From assembly GCA_034520945.1 (NCBI GenBank), contig JAXHNB010000010.1, forward strand, positions 192,001 to 256,000: a stretch of DNA of 64,000 nucleotides, in the 5' to 3' direction. The notes below the pieces were generated by a model, which was not told where the DNA came from, made no database searches, and was given only the letters and a program-made list of their open reading frames with translations. Origin of the DNA: Trueperaceae bacterium. GTDB lineage: Bacteria; Deinococcota; Deinococci; Deinococcales; Trueperaceae. The translations under genes were made by a program, and so were the position numbers. Shown here piece by piece: positions 19,931 to 29,854 of the stretch (position 1 is the stretch's first letter; every line of letters starts with the position of its first letter).

Positions 19931-21376
19931 GTGTCACGACCGAATCTGCTCTTCCTCATGACCGACCAGCAACGCGCGGACACGGTCGCCCCAGGCGGTC
20001 CCTGCGCGACGCCCAACCTGGACGCCCTCCAGGCACAGGGCACCCGCTTCACGCGCTGTTACGGACCCAACCCGATCTGCTCCCCCACCCGCGCCAGCCT
20101 GATGACGGGGCTGCTGCCGCACGCCCACGGCATGGTCGACGTCACGCACGCCGTCGAGCCCTACCGGGCCGACCTGAAGCCCGACCTGCCGTTCTGGAGC
20201 CGCACCCTGCAGCAGGCCGGCTACCGCACCGCCTACTTCGGCAAGTGGCACGTGGAACGCTCCAACCAGTTGGAGGACTTCGGCTTCGACCACTACGAAC
20301 AGGTCGGCGTCGACCCCGATGATGGCTACGCCGCCCACCGCCGGGCGCTGGGCCTGCCGGCCTCCCCGGTCCTGGCGGAGCAGGACGCCCTCCAGCACGA
20401 GGGCTACCGCGACTTCCTGCTGTACGGCGTCAGCGACGAACCGGTGGAGGCGACGCAGGAGCATTACCTGTACTCGCGCGCCATCGCGTTCCTGCGCGGC
20501 CTGGACGACGGTGATCCGCGCCCCTGGGCGGTGTTCGTCAGCACCGAAGGTCCGCACGACCCGTACGTGGTGCCGCGGGCCTTCTACGAGCGCTACGACC
20601 CGGACGCGTTCGCGCCGCCGGCGAGCTTCGACGACGACCTCCGCGACCGGCCGGGGATCTACCGCCGCATCCAGGGGCTGTTCAATGAGCTGGACTGGCC
20701 GGCGTTCGCGCGCGCCACGGCGAGCTACTACGCCTTCTGCACCCTGATCGACGAACAGGTCGGCCGCATCCTGGACACCGTGCGTAAGCTCGGGCAGGAA
20801 GAGAACACGCTGGTGGCGTACACCTCCGATCACGGCGACTATCTCGGCGCGCACCGCATGCTGCTGAAGAGCGTGGCGCCGTTCGAGGAGGCGTACCGGG
20901 TGCCGCTCATCCTCGCAGGCCCCGGCGTGCCCGCCGGCCAGCAGCCGTCACGGGTGGTGAGCCTGCTCGATCTGGCCCCCACGCTGGTCGAGCTGACCAC
21001 CGGCGAGGCGTTCCCCTGCCACGGACGCTCGCTGACGCCGCTCCTACGCGACCCCGCGGCGGACTGGCCGGACGAGGCGTTCGCGGAGTTCCACGGCCAG
21101 CGGTTCTTCTTCACGCAACGCACCCTGTGGCAGGGTCGGTACAAGTACGTGTTCAACGGGTTCGACGAGGACGAGTTCTACGACCTGGAGGTCGATCCGC
21201 ACGAGCTGCGAAACAGGGTCCACGATCCCGAGCAGCGGGACCGCGTCAAGGAGATGACGGCGCGGATGTGGCGCATCGCGCGCGACACGGGCGACTTCAA
21301 CCTGGTCGAGTCGCACTACGGCGTGCTGCGCTTCGCGCCGGTCGGGCCGGACGCCGCCTCTGACGCTGGCGACTGA
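19931..21376 (+). CDS. Formylglycine-dependent sulfatase (S1), cytoplasmic
   Basis: PNLLFLMTDQQR, CSPTRASLMTG (CxPxR), GKWH, SDHGD; no signal peptide. Confidence 0.93.
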   Translation: MSRPNLLFLMTDQQRADTVAPGGPCATPNLDALQAQGTRFTRCYGPNPICSPTRASLMTGLLPHAHGMVDVTHAVEPYRADLKPDLPFWSRTLQQAGYRTAYFGKWHVERSNQLEDFGFDHYEQVGVDPDDGYAAHRRALGLPASPVLAEQDALQHEGYRDFLLYGVSDEPVEATQEHYLYSRAIAFLRGLDDGDPRPWAVFVSTEGPHDPYVVPRAFYERYDPDAFAPPASFDDDLRDRPGIYRRIQGLFNELDWPAFARATASYYAFCTLIDEQVGRILDTVRKLGQEENTLVAYTSDHGDYLGAHRMLLKSVAPFEEAYRVPLILAGPGVPAGQQPSRVVSLLDLAPTLVELTTGEAFPCHGRSLTPLLRDPAADWPDEAFAEFHGQRFFFTQRTLWQGRYKYVFNGFDEDEFYDLEVDPHELRNRVHDPEQRDRVKEMTARMWRIARDTGDFNLVESHYGVLRFAPVGPDAASDAGD

Positions 21377-21398
21377 GCGTCGGAGATACGCGACCCGC

Positions 21399-22892
21399 TC
21401 AGGACAGGAACCAGGGTGAACTCCACGCCAGGTGCCCGTTGCGCTGCGTCACGCGCAGGTACAGGTAGCCCGGCAGGTTCAGGTCCGCCCGGTCCAGCAC
21501 GGCGCGGCCCAGCACCCGGCTGGCCGCCATCGGCGTGAGCCGGTGCAGCATGTAGCTCTCCTTCGGGAAGGGACCGGTCTGGACGTGGGCCGAGCCGTGA
21601 AACAGCTCGCCCAGGGTGACGGTCCGGTCCGAGGCCGAAGGGTGGGTCATGTCGATCCGCACGCGCGTCGCGGGGTCGCCCGCGATCTCCAGCACGGCGC
21701 TCTGATTCGGGTTCTCGCGGTACGCCTCCAACCGTGAGGTGTAGGACTGGACGTGCAGCTCGTTGGCACTGGGTCGCGTGAAGCGATGGCGCTTCTCCTC
21801 GCTGAACGGGCCGGACTGCAGGCAAGGAAACACGCGCCGCAACTGCCCGCCCTCAACGTGCACCGCCATCTCCCAGTCGGTGATGCGGTCCAACGCCAGG
21901 TCCTTCCAGGGGCCCCAGCCCCACTCGAGCCGCACCTGCACCACGTCGGCGAAGGCGCCGGCGGCGGGCGGTTTCTCGTCGGGGAAGGCGCGGTGGATGG
22001 TGCGACCGTCGTGCACGAACTCGACCATCTCGAGTTCGTCGCGTCCCGCCACGTCGTACGCGACCTCCACCTGCTCGGCCGGCGGTACCTCCATGCCCAT
22101 CTCGTGGCCGTTGGCGGCCAGGCGCAGCTCGATGCGATCCCCGGTCAGGGCGTAGGTGCGGCGGGCTCGCACCGCCCGCATGACGGCGTCGCGGGTCAAT
22201 TCCTCGGCCAGGACCGCCATGACGCCCTCCCCGTAGGCGCCGGGAAAGCCGCGGTGGTTGTCGGACGAGGCGACGAAGCCAAACTTGGCGCCGTCGTGTA
22301 ACTTTGCCTGGGCGGTGTTGGCGGTGACGCGCCCGCCGAACGAGTGGGTGAAGTAGGTGCGGGGCCCGCGGTCGTGCTCGGCGTTGCCGTGCTCCGAGTA
22401 GATCTCCACCACCGGCGTGGTCGCGTCCGGCTGGAACACCTCCCAGTTCACACCGCGATTGCCGGTGGGATACCCGATGTGGTGCGGGATCATCAGCGCC
22501 TGCCGCTCGGTGCAGAACCGCCGCAGCGCCTCCACGTGATCGGGCAGGTACAGCGGCTGGTGGTCGGCTGGAAACACCACGCAGTGATCCCCGAAGGCGC
22601 TGGAGTGCCACTCGTACCCCAGGAAGTGCACGAACTCGCCGTCGCGGTGGTGCGCGGCGGTCAGACGCTGGATGTGCTCCCAGGCGTCGTTGTGCCGCCG
22701 GAAGCCATCCAGCCAGTGCTGCTCGCGCCCGCCCTCCATCGGGACCAGGTCGTGCCAGGCGGCGTGGCCCGTGAACGCGAAGAAGTCGAGGTGCGTCTTG
22801 GCGATATCGATGCTGCGTTCCAGCGATCCTTTGCCGTAGCCGAGGCCGTTGTGATTGTGAATGTCGCCGTAGAAGATGGCGTACTCGCTCAT
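21399..22892 (-). CDS. PHP-fold metallohydrolase (DUF3604/CehA-McbA-like), paralog 2
   Basis: Start MSEYAIF (ATG 22892). GDIHNH, FTGHA, GYEWH, PHH, EIYSEHG, SSDNH; ends AWSSPWF. Confidence 0.8.
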   Translation of the reverse strand: MSEYAIFYGDIHNHNGLGYGKGSLERSIDIAKTHLDFFAFTGHAAWHDLVPMEGGREQHWLDGFRRHNDAWEHIQRLTAAHHRDGEFVHFLGYEWHSSAFGDHCVVFPADHQPLYLPDHVEALRRFCTERQALMIPHHIGYPTGNRGVNWEVFQPDATTPVVEIYSEHGNAEHDRGPRTYFTHSFGGRVTANTAQAKLHDGAKFGFVASSDNHRGFPGAYGEGVMAVLAEELTRDAVMRAVRARRTYALTGDRIELRLAANGHEMGMEVPPAEQVEVAYDVAGRDELEMVEFVHDGRTIHRAFPDEKPPAAGAFADVVQVRLEWGWGPWKDLALDRITDWEMAVHVEGGQLRRVFPCLQSGPFSEEKRHRFTRPSANELHVQSYTSRLEAYRENPNQSAVLEIAGDPATRVRIDMTHPSASDRTVTLGELFHGSAHVQTGPFPKESYMLHRLTPMAASRVLGRAVLDRADLNLPGYLYLRVTQRNGHLAWSSPWFLS

Positions 22893-22903
22893 GATGTCCT
22901 CCC

Positions 22904-24157
22904 TCACCGCCAGGGTTCTAGCGGCGCCAGCACGCCCCCGCTCCCGCGGTAGAACTCCTCGTCCAGCACGAATGCACCGTCGCGGGGTCGCAACCACGTC
23001 GCCGCCCGGCAGGGGTGTGCGTCCTGCATCGGTTCCCAATTGCGGTACACCTGCGCACCGTTGGCCTCCAGCAGACCGTCCGTCATGCCGGGTAGCGGCG
23101 CCAGGCGGGCGGCCACGTTGCGATTCCAGTCGAGGAGGCGCGGCGTGCAGGCGGAGTCGGCCACGAAGCACGCCAGCCCCTGCGCCTCGGCCTCGCGCAC
23201 CATTCGGAGCGTCACGCTGAGCGTCTTGCCGGCCGGTTTGAGCGCCACCGCGCCGTACCCGGCGCGTGCCTTGCGGCGGACGTCCTCCACGCGGTGGAGA
23301 CTCTCGTCCGCCGCCACGCGGACGCCGAGGCCGTGCACGTCGATGTCGGCCTCCTCCGGGAACGGCTCCTCCAGCAAAATCGTCCGCGTCAGCATGCCGA
23401 TCTCACGGGCGTGCGCCAGGAGCGCCTCCAGGTGCGCCCGGTCGGGGTAGCGGCCGTTGGCGTCCAGGTAGTACGCGGGGGGCGGGCCCGCGTGTGCGGT
23501 GGCGGCCCGGTGCACCTCTGTGAGGCGGGCTTTGTCGGCGCCCAGCATCTCGTCCGGGGTGCCGGCCGCGCCGATCTTGATCTTCAGCACCGTTGCGCCA
23601 CCCGCCAGCATCGCGGCGATCTGCTCGGGCCGGGTGGCGTAGGAGACGAGGGGCACGCGCGCCACGCGCGCGTGCCGGTGGTGGAGCGGTTCACGGGACG
23701 CCGCTGGGATCATGGCGTCGAAGGTGCGCAGGTCGTGCGCGCGGGCGTAGAGCGTCCAGGCGGCGTTGTCCAGCGCCACCAACGCGTTCAGCGTGAAGGT
23801 GCGGCGTAGCTCGTCGCGGCCGATGAGCGTGCGGCCGTACGCGTGCACCTCGTCGACCAGGCCGTCCAGCAACTCGAAGGGGGTGTCGAACGACCGGCCC
23901 CGCGCGCGCTGCAGGGCGTACTCCAGAAGGGCAGCCATCAGCAGGTTCCCGCCGACCTCGGTGTGGGCGGTGAACACCTCCCGGTCGGACCACAGCACCG
24001 CCAACCCGCCCACGCCGGCGGCACGAACGCCGCCCTCGCTGGTGAGGTCGACGCGGCACAGCCACTTCTCGGTGAACTGGCCGCCCTTGAAGCCGAACGG
24101 TTGCCGGAGCGGCTCGCGCCGCAGGTCGAGGTCGACGCGGTCGAGGGTGAGGGTCAT
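22904..24157 (-). CDS. Enolase superfamily enzyme (MLE-subgroup-like)
   Basis: LKIKIG, YLDANGRY, LEEPF, ADESL, ALKP. Confidence 0.85.
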   Translation of the reverse strand: MTLTLDRVDLDLRREPLRQPFGFKGGQFTEKWLCRVDLTSEGGVRAAGVGGLAVLWSDREVFTAHTEVGGNLLMAALLEYALQRARGRSFDTPFELLDGLVDEVHAYGRTLIGRDELRRTFTLNALVALDNAAWTLYARAHDLRTFDAMIPAASREPLHHRHARVARVPLVSYATRPEQIAAMLAGGATVLKIKIGAAGTPDEMLGADKARLTEVHRAATAHAGPPPAYYLDANGRYPDRAHLEALLAHAREIGMLTRTILLEEPFPEEADIDVHGLGVRVAADESLHRVEDVRRKARAGYGAVALKPAGKTLSVTLRMVREAEAQGLACFVADSACTPRLLDWNRNVAARLAPLPGMTDGLLEANGAQVYRNWEPMQDAHPCRAATWLRPRDGAFVLDEEFYRGSGGVLAPLEPWR

Positions 24158-24187
24158 GGCACGTCCCCGTGCTGCGCGACGCTCATG

Positions 24188-25684
24188 CTACGCGTACCAG
24201 ATGGGGCTGGCCCAGGCGATCTGCCCGTCGCTCTGCGTGACGCGGGCGTACACGAAGCCCGCCTCGCGCGATGGGTGGTAGGTCTCGTCGTACGCGAACG
24301 CGAACTCGCGTTCCGGCACGGCGCGGTGCACCTTCAACGCCGGCGAACCGAAGCCGCGCACCTGCGCGCCGACCGAGCCGCGCACCAGGTCGGCGAACGG
24401 CAGGTCGAACGCCACCTCGCCCGCCGTGACGCGCAGGCGTCCCTGTGGGCCCACGTCGCAGTCCAAGACCACCGCCTGCGTGCCGCCCGCGTCGAAGTGG
24501 GTGCCGCCCATGGCGCCGGCCGGGTTGGCCATGGCGCGGCAGCGCCACGCCACCTGCGCCTCGTCCTGGTCCTCGATGCGCTCCGTGACCGCCTCCTCGC
24601 CGGTGGCGGCGCCGCCGTAGCGGAAGCACGGTTCGACGCCCAACAGGCGGCCCTCCTGCACCTCCGCGCGGACGTGCCAGTCGGAGCGTTGCCGGCCGCG
24701 GCCCCAGCCGGTCTCGACCTTCACCTTGTAGCGGCCGGGCGCGAAGTCGCTGGCGATGGGTTTGCCGGGGAGGCGCCGCACGCGCCAGCCGTCCTCGCCG
24801 CCCTCGATCAGATCGACCTTGTCGATGGGGGCGGTTCCCGCCACCCGCAGCCGCAGCGGCATGGCGTCGGCGCGGCCTGCGACCCCGCCGATGGGCACGT
24901 CCGCCAGGGCGACCTCGGCGACGATGCGCGCGCCGGTGGTGGCGACCGTGCGGCGGGCTTGCAATGCCTCCCAGAGGTGCTGCCGGTCCAGTGTCGGCGC
25001 GTCGACGCCGACGCGGCCATGACCGTAGTGGCCGGGGTAGCCGTCGTGCGTGTCGGTGCCGGCGTAGAAGCCGAAGCGGTGGCCGGCCACCAGCCCGCTG
25101 CGCACGGTGGATTCGCCGACGCGGGGGCCCATGCTGTGGTGGTACTCGCCGGGGGCGTCGTCCCCTTCGCAACTGCCGTGGTTGGAGTACACCTCCACCA
25201 GCGGCGAGACGCGGTCGTCGAACGCCTCCCAGTTCGTGCCGCGCTGCCCGCGGACGTAGCCGCCGTGATGCGGCAGCAGCATGAAGGCGGGCGTCGCCTC
25301 CTCCAGCCTGCGCGCCAGCGTGCTCGGGTCGGGCCCGTCGAGGAGCGGCAGGTCGAAGGTGGGCGCGTAACAATTGTAGTCGCCGTACTGCATCGAGTGC
25401 CACTCGTAGCTGGGCAACGTCACGAAGCGGCCGGGTTCGTCGGCGTCCTGCAACAGGTGCAGCAGCTCGGGCCAGTAGTGCTGCAGCTTGGCGAACCCGC
25501 CCAGGTGCATGCCGATGATGGCGTTCTGCTCCCTCAGATCCATCGGCATGTCCGGCCAGAAGGCATGCCCGGTGATGCTGCAGAAGTCGAGGTGCGTGCG
25601 GGCGTTGGCCAGGGCCCGCTGCGGCGTGCCCGTGCCGTAGCTGACGGCGCAGTGGGCGTGCAGGTCGCCCCAGTACATGCTCAC
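24188..25684 (-). CDS. PHP-fold metallohydrolase (DUF3604/CehA-McbA-like), paralog 1
   Basis: WGDLHAH, ITGHA, SYEWH, PHH, EVYSNHG, GTDTH; ends AWASPIW. Confidence 0.8.
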   Translation of the reverse strand: MSMYWGDLHAHCAVSYGTGTPQRALANARTHLDFCSITGHAFWPDMPMDLREQNAIIGMHLGGFAKLQHYWPELLHLLQDADEPGRFVTLPSYEWHSMQYGDYNCYAPTFDLPLLDGPDPSTLARRLEEATPAFMLLPHHGGYVRGQRGTNWEAFDDRVSPLVEVYSNHGSCEGDDAPGEYHHSMGPRVGESTVRSGLVAGHRFGFYAGTDTHDGYPGHYGHGRVGVDAPTLDRQHLWEALQARRTVATTGARIVAEVALADVPIGGVAGRADAMPLRLRVAGTAPIDKVDLIEGGEDGWRVRRLPGKPIASDFAPGRYKVKVETGWGRGRQRSDWHVRAEVQEGRLLGVEPCFRYGGAATGEEAVTERIEDQDEAQVAWRCRAMANPAGAMGGTHFDAGGTQAVVLDCDVGPQGRLRVTAGEVAFDLPFADLVRGSVGAQVRGFGSPALKVHRAVPEREFAFAYDETYHPSREAGFVYARVTQSDGQIAWASPIWYA

Positions 25685-26589
25685 GACGCTTCGGCGGTGC
25701 GGGCCTCGCGCACCAGGTCCTCGAACATGCGGGCGTAGCGCAGGTAGGAGGCGTACTTCTCGGCCTCGGGCACGTCGCTGCCGCCCTCGTGGATGATGCT
25801 GGCGACGTGCGGTTCGATGGCGATGGTGCCGCGGTAGCCGCCGCTGAGCAGGTCGGCCAGGATGGGGCGGACCATGGCGTCGCCCTCGCCCGGGTAGGCG
25901 TAGTCGGAGCTTGCGCCTCCTTCAGGATTGCGTTTGCAGTCCTTGACGTGGACGTAGCCGATGAGGTCCTTGACGCCCTGGTAGAACGGCCAGGGCTCGT
26001 AGCCGTGGCTGATCGTGTTGCCGATGTCGAACAGGACCGTCAGGTGGTCGCTGCCGACCTCTTCGATCAGTTCGCGCATGTGGCGCGCGCTCTGCCCGCC
26101 CCAGCCGGTACAGTTCTCGTGCGCCAGCACGACGCCGCCATCCGCCGCCACGGCGGCCAGCTCCCGGTAGCGGCGGATCGCTTCGCGGCGCCAGTCAGAC
26201 TCACTGGCGCCGTTCTGCAGCCAACTCATGGTGCGGATGAAGCGGACGCCCAGGCGTTGCATGCGCGGGATGGCGACCTTCAGGTCCTGCAGGTCCTGCT
26301 TGAAGTCGCCGTGGATGGCGCGGCTCCAGTTGCCGATGGCGGAGCCGAAGCCGGTCACGGTGAGGCCCGCCGCCTCGACCGCGTCGGCAGCCGCCGCGAA
26401 GGCATCGTCGGGCAGGGCTCCGGCAACGTTGAGGCCGTCGATCAGGCGCAGCTCGATGGCGTTCCAGCCGAGCTCGCGGTGCGCGGCGATCTGGGCGTGG
26501 GTGTCGCGGCCGGCCTCGTCGGCCAGGCCGCTCAGGGTGGGCCCGCCTGGCGCGGCGTCGTCCGGTTGGGCGCGGTTCGTCATATCCAT
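25681..26589 (-). CDS. Sugar phosphate isomerase/epimerase (TIM barrel)
   Basis: LSGLADEAG, IELR, LAHENC, FDIGN, HVKD, GEGD, IEPH. Start 26589 or 26583. Confidence 0.88.
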   Translation of the reverse strand: MDMTNRAQPDDAAPGGPTLSGLADEAGRDTHAQIAAHRELGWNAIELRLIDGLNVAGALPDDAFAAAADAVEAAGLTVTGFGSAIGNWSRAIHGDFKQDLQDLKVAIPRMQRLGVRFIRTMSWLQNGASESDWRREAIRRYRELAAVAADGGVVLAHENCTGWGGQSARHMRELIEEVGSDHLTVLFDIGNTISHGYEPWPFYQGVKDLIGYVHVKDCKRNPEGGASSDYAYPGEGDAMVRPILADLLSGGYRGTIAIEPHVASIIHEGGSDVPEAEKYASYLRYARMFEDLVREARTAEAS

Positions 26590-27650
26590 GGCAGCTCGAT
26601 CTCCTGCTCGTGTCCGTGGCGTGCGGAGGTGTAGATGGCTTCGATGATGGCGACGGCCTTGAGCGCTTCGCGGCCGTCGACGCGGGGTGGGCGGTCCTCG
26701 TAGATGGCATCGATCAGATCTTGGATCTGCGCCTCGTGGCCCGCGTTGCGGGTCTGCTTGGGGTCGCTGGCGCCGGAGGCGACCTGGTTGGCGGTCCCCA
26801 GGCGTGCGCGGACGTCCGCGTCTTCTTCGCGTTCGTCGTGGAAGCGCCAGCAGGCGATGCGGTCGTCCTCCAGCCGCACCGTCCCGTGCTCGCCGCAGAG
26901 CTCCACCGCCCGCGCGAAGCCCGGGTAGGCCGCGGTGCTGGCCTGGATGGTGCCAAGCACGCCGTGCGGGAACCGCAGACATGCCACGGCGGTGTCCTCC
27001 ACCTCGATCCGTTCGTGCGCCAGCGTGGCCGTCATCGCCTTGGCCGCGGCCGGCATGCCGGCCAGGGACTGGAGCAGGTCGACGGCGTGGATGGCCTGGT
27101 TCATGAGGGCGCCGCCGCCGTCCAGGGCGACGGTGCCCTTCCAGCCCCCCTCGTCGTAGTACGCCTGGTCTCGGTACCACTTCACCTCGGCGCCGCACAG
27201 CGTCAACCGGCCCAGGCGTCCCGAGGCGACGACCTGCTTCACCGCGCGCGCACCGGGCCCGAAGCGCGCCTGGAAGATCGCCGCCAGCCGTACGCCGTTG
27301 TCCTCGCAGGCGCGGATCAGGCTGGCGGCGCGCGCGACCGTGACCTCGAGCGGTTTCTCGACCACGACGTGCTTGCTGGCGTTGGCCGCGGCGACGGCGG
27401 CGTCCAGGTGCGCGCCGCTGGGGGTGGTGACGCATACCGCGTCCACCTCGGGGTGCGCCAACAGTTCGGCCAGGTCGGTGGTGTGAACATTGGCGCGGTG
27501 CTTCTCGGCGAAGCTGCGGGCGCGGTCCGCGGAGCGGCTGTGCACGCCCACCAGGCGACCGCCGTTCGAGGCGGCGATGGCGTTGGCGTGCACGCCGGCG
27601 ATCATGCCGCACCCGACGATCGCGAAGCCGACCTGGCGGGACGCCGTCAC
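26580..27650 (-). CDS. Gfo/Idh/MocA family oxidoreductase
   Basis: GTG start; IVGCGMIA, TPSGAH, VEKP, DGGGALMNQAIH. Confidence 0.92.
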   Translation of the reverse strand: MTASRQVGFAIVGCGMIAGVHANAIAASNGGRLVGVHSRSADRARSFAEKHRANVHTTDLAELLAHPEVDAVCVTTPSGAHLDAAVAAANASKHVVVEKPLEVTVARAASLIRACEDNGVRLAAIFQARFGPGARAVKQVVASGRLGRLTLCGAEVKWYRDQAYYDEGGWKGTVALDGGGALMNQAIHAVDLLQSLAGMPAAAKAMTATLAHERIEVEDTAVACLRFPHGVLGTIQASTAAYPGFARAVELCGEHGTVRLEDDRIACWRFHDEREEDADVRARLGTANQVASGASDPKQTRNAGHEAQIQDLIDAIYEDRPPRVDGREALKAVAIIEAIYTSARHGHEQEIELPWI

Positions 27651-29170
27651 GGCTGTCCCTCCCCTTCCCGGCGGGCACGGCGGGTCGCCGCGCCGGCCCG
27701 GTACTCCTGCCACGCCACGACGAACACGGTGAGGACCGCCATGGAGAGGAACAGCAACGGGATGGGCCGCGTCACGAAGATCGCCAGGCTGTCGGCCGAC
27801 ATGTACAGGCTCTGGCGCAGTCCGACCTCGACCAGCGGGCCCAGAATGAAGCCGATCAGCAACGGCGCGATCGGGAACCCGAAGCGCTTCATCGCGAAGC
27901 CCAGCACACCGAAGCCAAGGGTGGCGTACATGTCGAAGAAGTTGTGCGTGGCGACGTAGGTGCCGGTGAAGCACAGCACCACCACGATCGGGAACAGGAT
28001 ACGGTCTGGCACCCGGGAGGCCTGCAGGAACAGGCGCATGCCCAGGCGCGCCACCACGACCAGCAGGATCGTGCCGACCACCATGGTGACGAACAGCGCC
28101 GCCACGAAATCGCCGTGCTGCTGGAACAGGCTGGGGCCGGGCACCAGGCCGTGCACCATGAACGCGCCCAGCATGATGGCGGTGATCACGTCGCCGGGAA
28201 TCCCCAACGTCAGGAGCGGAATGAAGGTCGAACTGGTCACGCCGTTGTTGGCGGATTCTGCGGCCGCGATCCCCTCCAGCGACCCCTTGCCGTACTCCTC
28301 GGGTTTCTTCGAGAAGCTGCGCGCCACGCCGTAGCTGAAGAAGGCGGCGATGGCCGAGCCCAGCCCGGGCACCGCGCCGATGGCCACGCCCAGTGGGCCG
28401 GAGCGAAGGAGGGTCGGCACCACGGAGCGCATCTCGGCGCCGGAGAGGCGATGGTCCGCCGAGTCGAGGCGGACGCCCTCGGCTTTCTGGACGTCGGACG
28501 CGCGCTTCTGCGCCAGCTCGATCGCCTCGGCGATGGCGAACACGCCGATGATGAGCGCGATGAAGGTCCAGCCGGCGGTCAACTGCGGCACGTCGAACGT
28601 CAAGCGGTACGAACCGGTCAGCGGGTCGAGCCCGAACGACGCCAGGAAGATGCCGAACAGGCCCGAGATGAGGCCCTTCAGCATGTTGCCTTGCGACAGC
28701 ACGGCGATGAGCGTCAGGGCGAACAGGCCCAGCGCGAAGTTCTCGGGCGGTCCGATGCGCAATGCCATCACCGCCACCGGCACCGCGAAGAAGATCAGGG
28801 CGAGGTCGCTGAGCAACGCGCCGAAGCCCGAGGCGTACAGCGACATCTTCAGCGCCTTGCCGGCCTTACCCTGTCGCGTCAGTTCGTACCCGTCCAGTGC
28901 GGTGGCGGCCGAAGCAGGCACCCCGGGCACGTTGATCAACACCGCCGATATCGAACCGCCATACGTGCCGCCCTTGTAGATGCCGACCAGCATGGCGATG
29001 CCGCCGACGGGCTCCAGGTAGAAGGTGATCGGCAACGTGATCGCGACCGCGAGGGGCACGTTGAGGCCCGGGATGGCGCCGATGACCACCCCGATCACCA
29101 GGCCCAGCAGGATGAGCCCCATGATCTGGGGGTCGAACACGACGGACAGGCCGGACCCAATGTCGATCAT
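27647..29170 (-). CDS. tctA: Tripartite tricarboxylate transporter permease TctA
   Basis: GAIPGL, YGGSISAVLINVPG, AESANN, LTLGIPG. Confidence 0.95.
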   Translation of the reverse strand: MIDIGSGLSVVFDPQIMGLILLGLVIGVVIGAIPGLNVPLAVAITLPITFYLEPVGGIAMLVGIYKGGTYGGSISAVLINVPGVPASAATALDGYELTRQGKAGKALKMSLYASGFGALLSDLALIFFAVPVAVMALRIGPPENFALGLFALTLIAVLSQGNMLKGLISGLFGIFLASFGLDPLTGSYRLTFDVPQLTAGWTFIALIIGVFAIAEAIELAQKRASDVQKAEGVRLDSADHRLSGAEMRSVVPTLLRSGPLGVAIGAVPGLGSAIAAFFSYGVARSFSKKPEEYGKGSLEGIAAAESANNGVTSSTFIPLLTLGIPGDVITAIMLGAFMVHGLVPGPSLFQQHGDFVAALFVTMVVGTILLVVVARLGMRLFLQASRVPDRILFPIVVVLCFTGTYVATHNFFDMYATLGFGVLGFAMKRFGFPIAPLLIGFILGPLVEVGLRQSLYMSADSLAIFVTRPIPLLFLSMAVLTVFVVAWQEYRAGAATRRARREGEGQP

Positions 29171-29177
29171 GCCGCGC

Positions 29178-29696
29178 TCACGAGAACAACGATCCCGAGG
29201 GGAGCAGAATCACCATGTACCGCTCGAAGAACAGCAGCAGGGCCACGGGCGTAAGGATCATCAACAGCAGGATCGTGCGGGGGCGGCGATTCCCGAAGAG
29301 GTACGACAACCCGCCGATGTAGACGGAGGTGGTGATCAGATAGCCGAGCCATGGCAGCGTCGCGAGATACAGCACGGTCCAGGCAACCAGACCGCCGCCA
29401 CGGATCGTGGAGGCCCGGCGCTCCGCGCGCTCCTCGGGCGGCGGTGCCTCGGGGGAGACGGGTGGGTCCGTGGCCGTGCGGGTCGCCTCCCGGCGGGCGG
29501 CGCGGAGGCGTCCCAGGTTCCGTGCCAGCAGGATCGCCGACAACAACGCGATCGCGCCGGTGACGATGAGCGGCATGGTGGTTCGCGAGGCGGCGCCGAG
29601 TCGCTCGTCGGTGGAGAACCACAGGTGCACGAAGAAAAAGAGGCCCATCGCGAGGACGACGGCGGCCACCGCCACCTCGCGCTTTGCGTCAGCCAC
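29178..29696 (-). CDS. tctB: Tripartite tricarboxylate transporter small subunit TctB
   Basis: 4-TM protein ending LPSG, between tctC and tctA. Confidence 0.85.
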   Translation of the reverse strand: MADAKREVAVAAVVLAMGLFFFVHLWFSTDERLGAASRTTMPLIVTGAIALLSAILLARNLGRLRAARREATRTATDPPVSPEAPPPEERAERRASTIRGGGLVAWTVLYLATLPWLGYLITTSVYIGGLSYLFGNRRPRTILLLMILTPVALLLFFERYMVILLPSGSLFS

Positions 29697-29762
29697 GCTC
29701 GTCCTCCCTGATGCTCGCCGTCTCGGCGAGGGAACGTCGCGCCCGTCTCAAGGGGCGTGGAG

Positions 29763-29787
29763 CGGGCACGGATGGCGTCCGTGCCCG
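29763..29787. other. Intercistronic hairpin CGGGCACGGA-N5-TCCGTGCCCG
   Basis: Perfect 10-bp stem between tctC and tctB; probably an mRNA-stabilising or attenuating element. Confidence 0.5.
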
Positions 29788-29854
29788 AGCTCCTTCGCAG
29801 GTTCGGTGCGGGCGAGGGCCGAAACCGTCCACGACCCTCGTCAGAGATGCGTTC

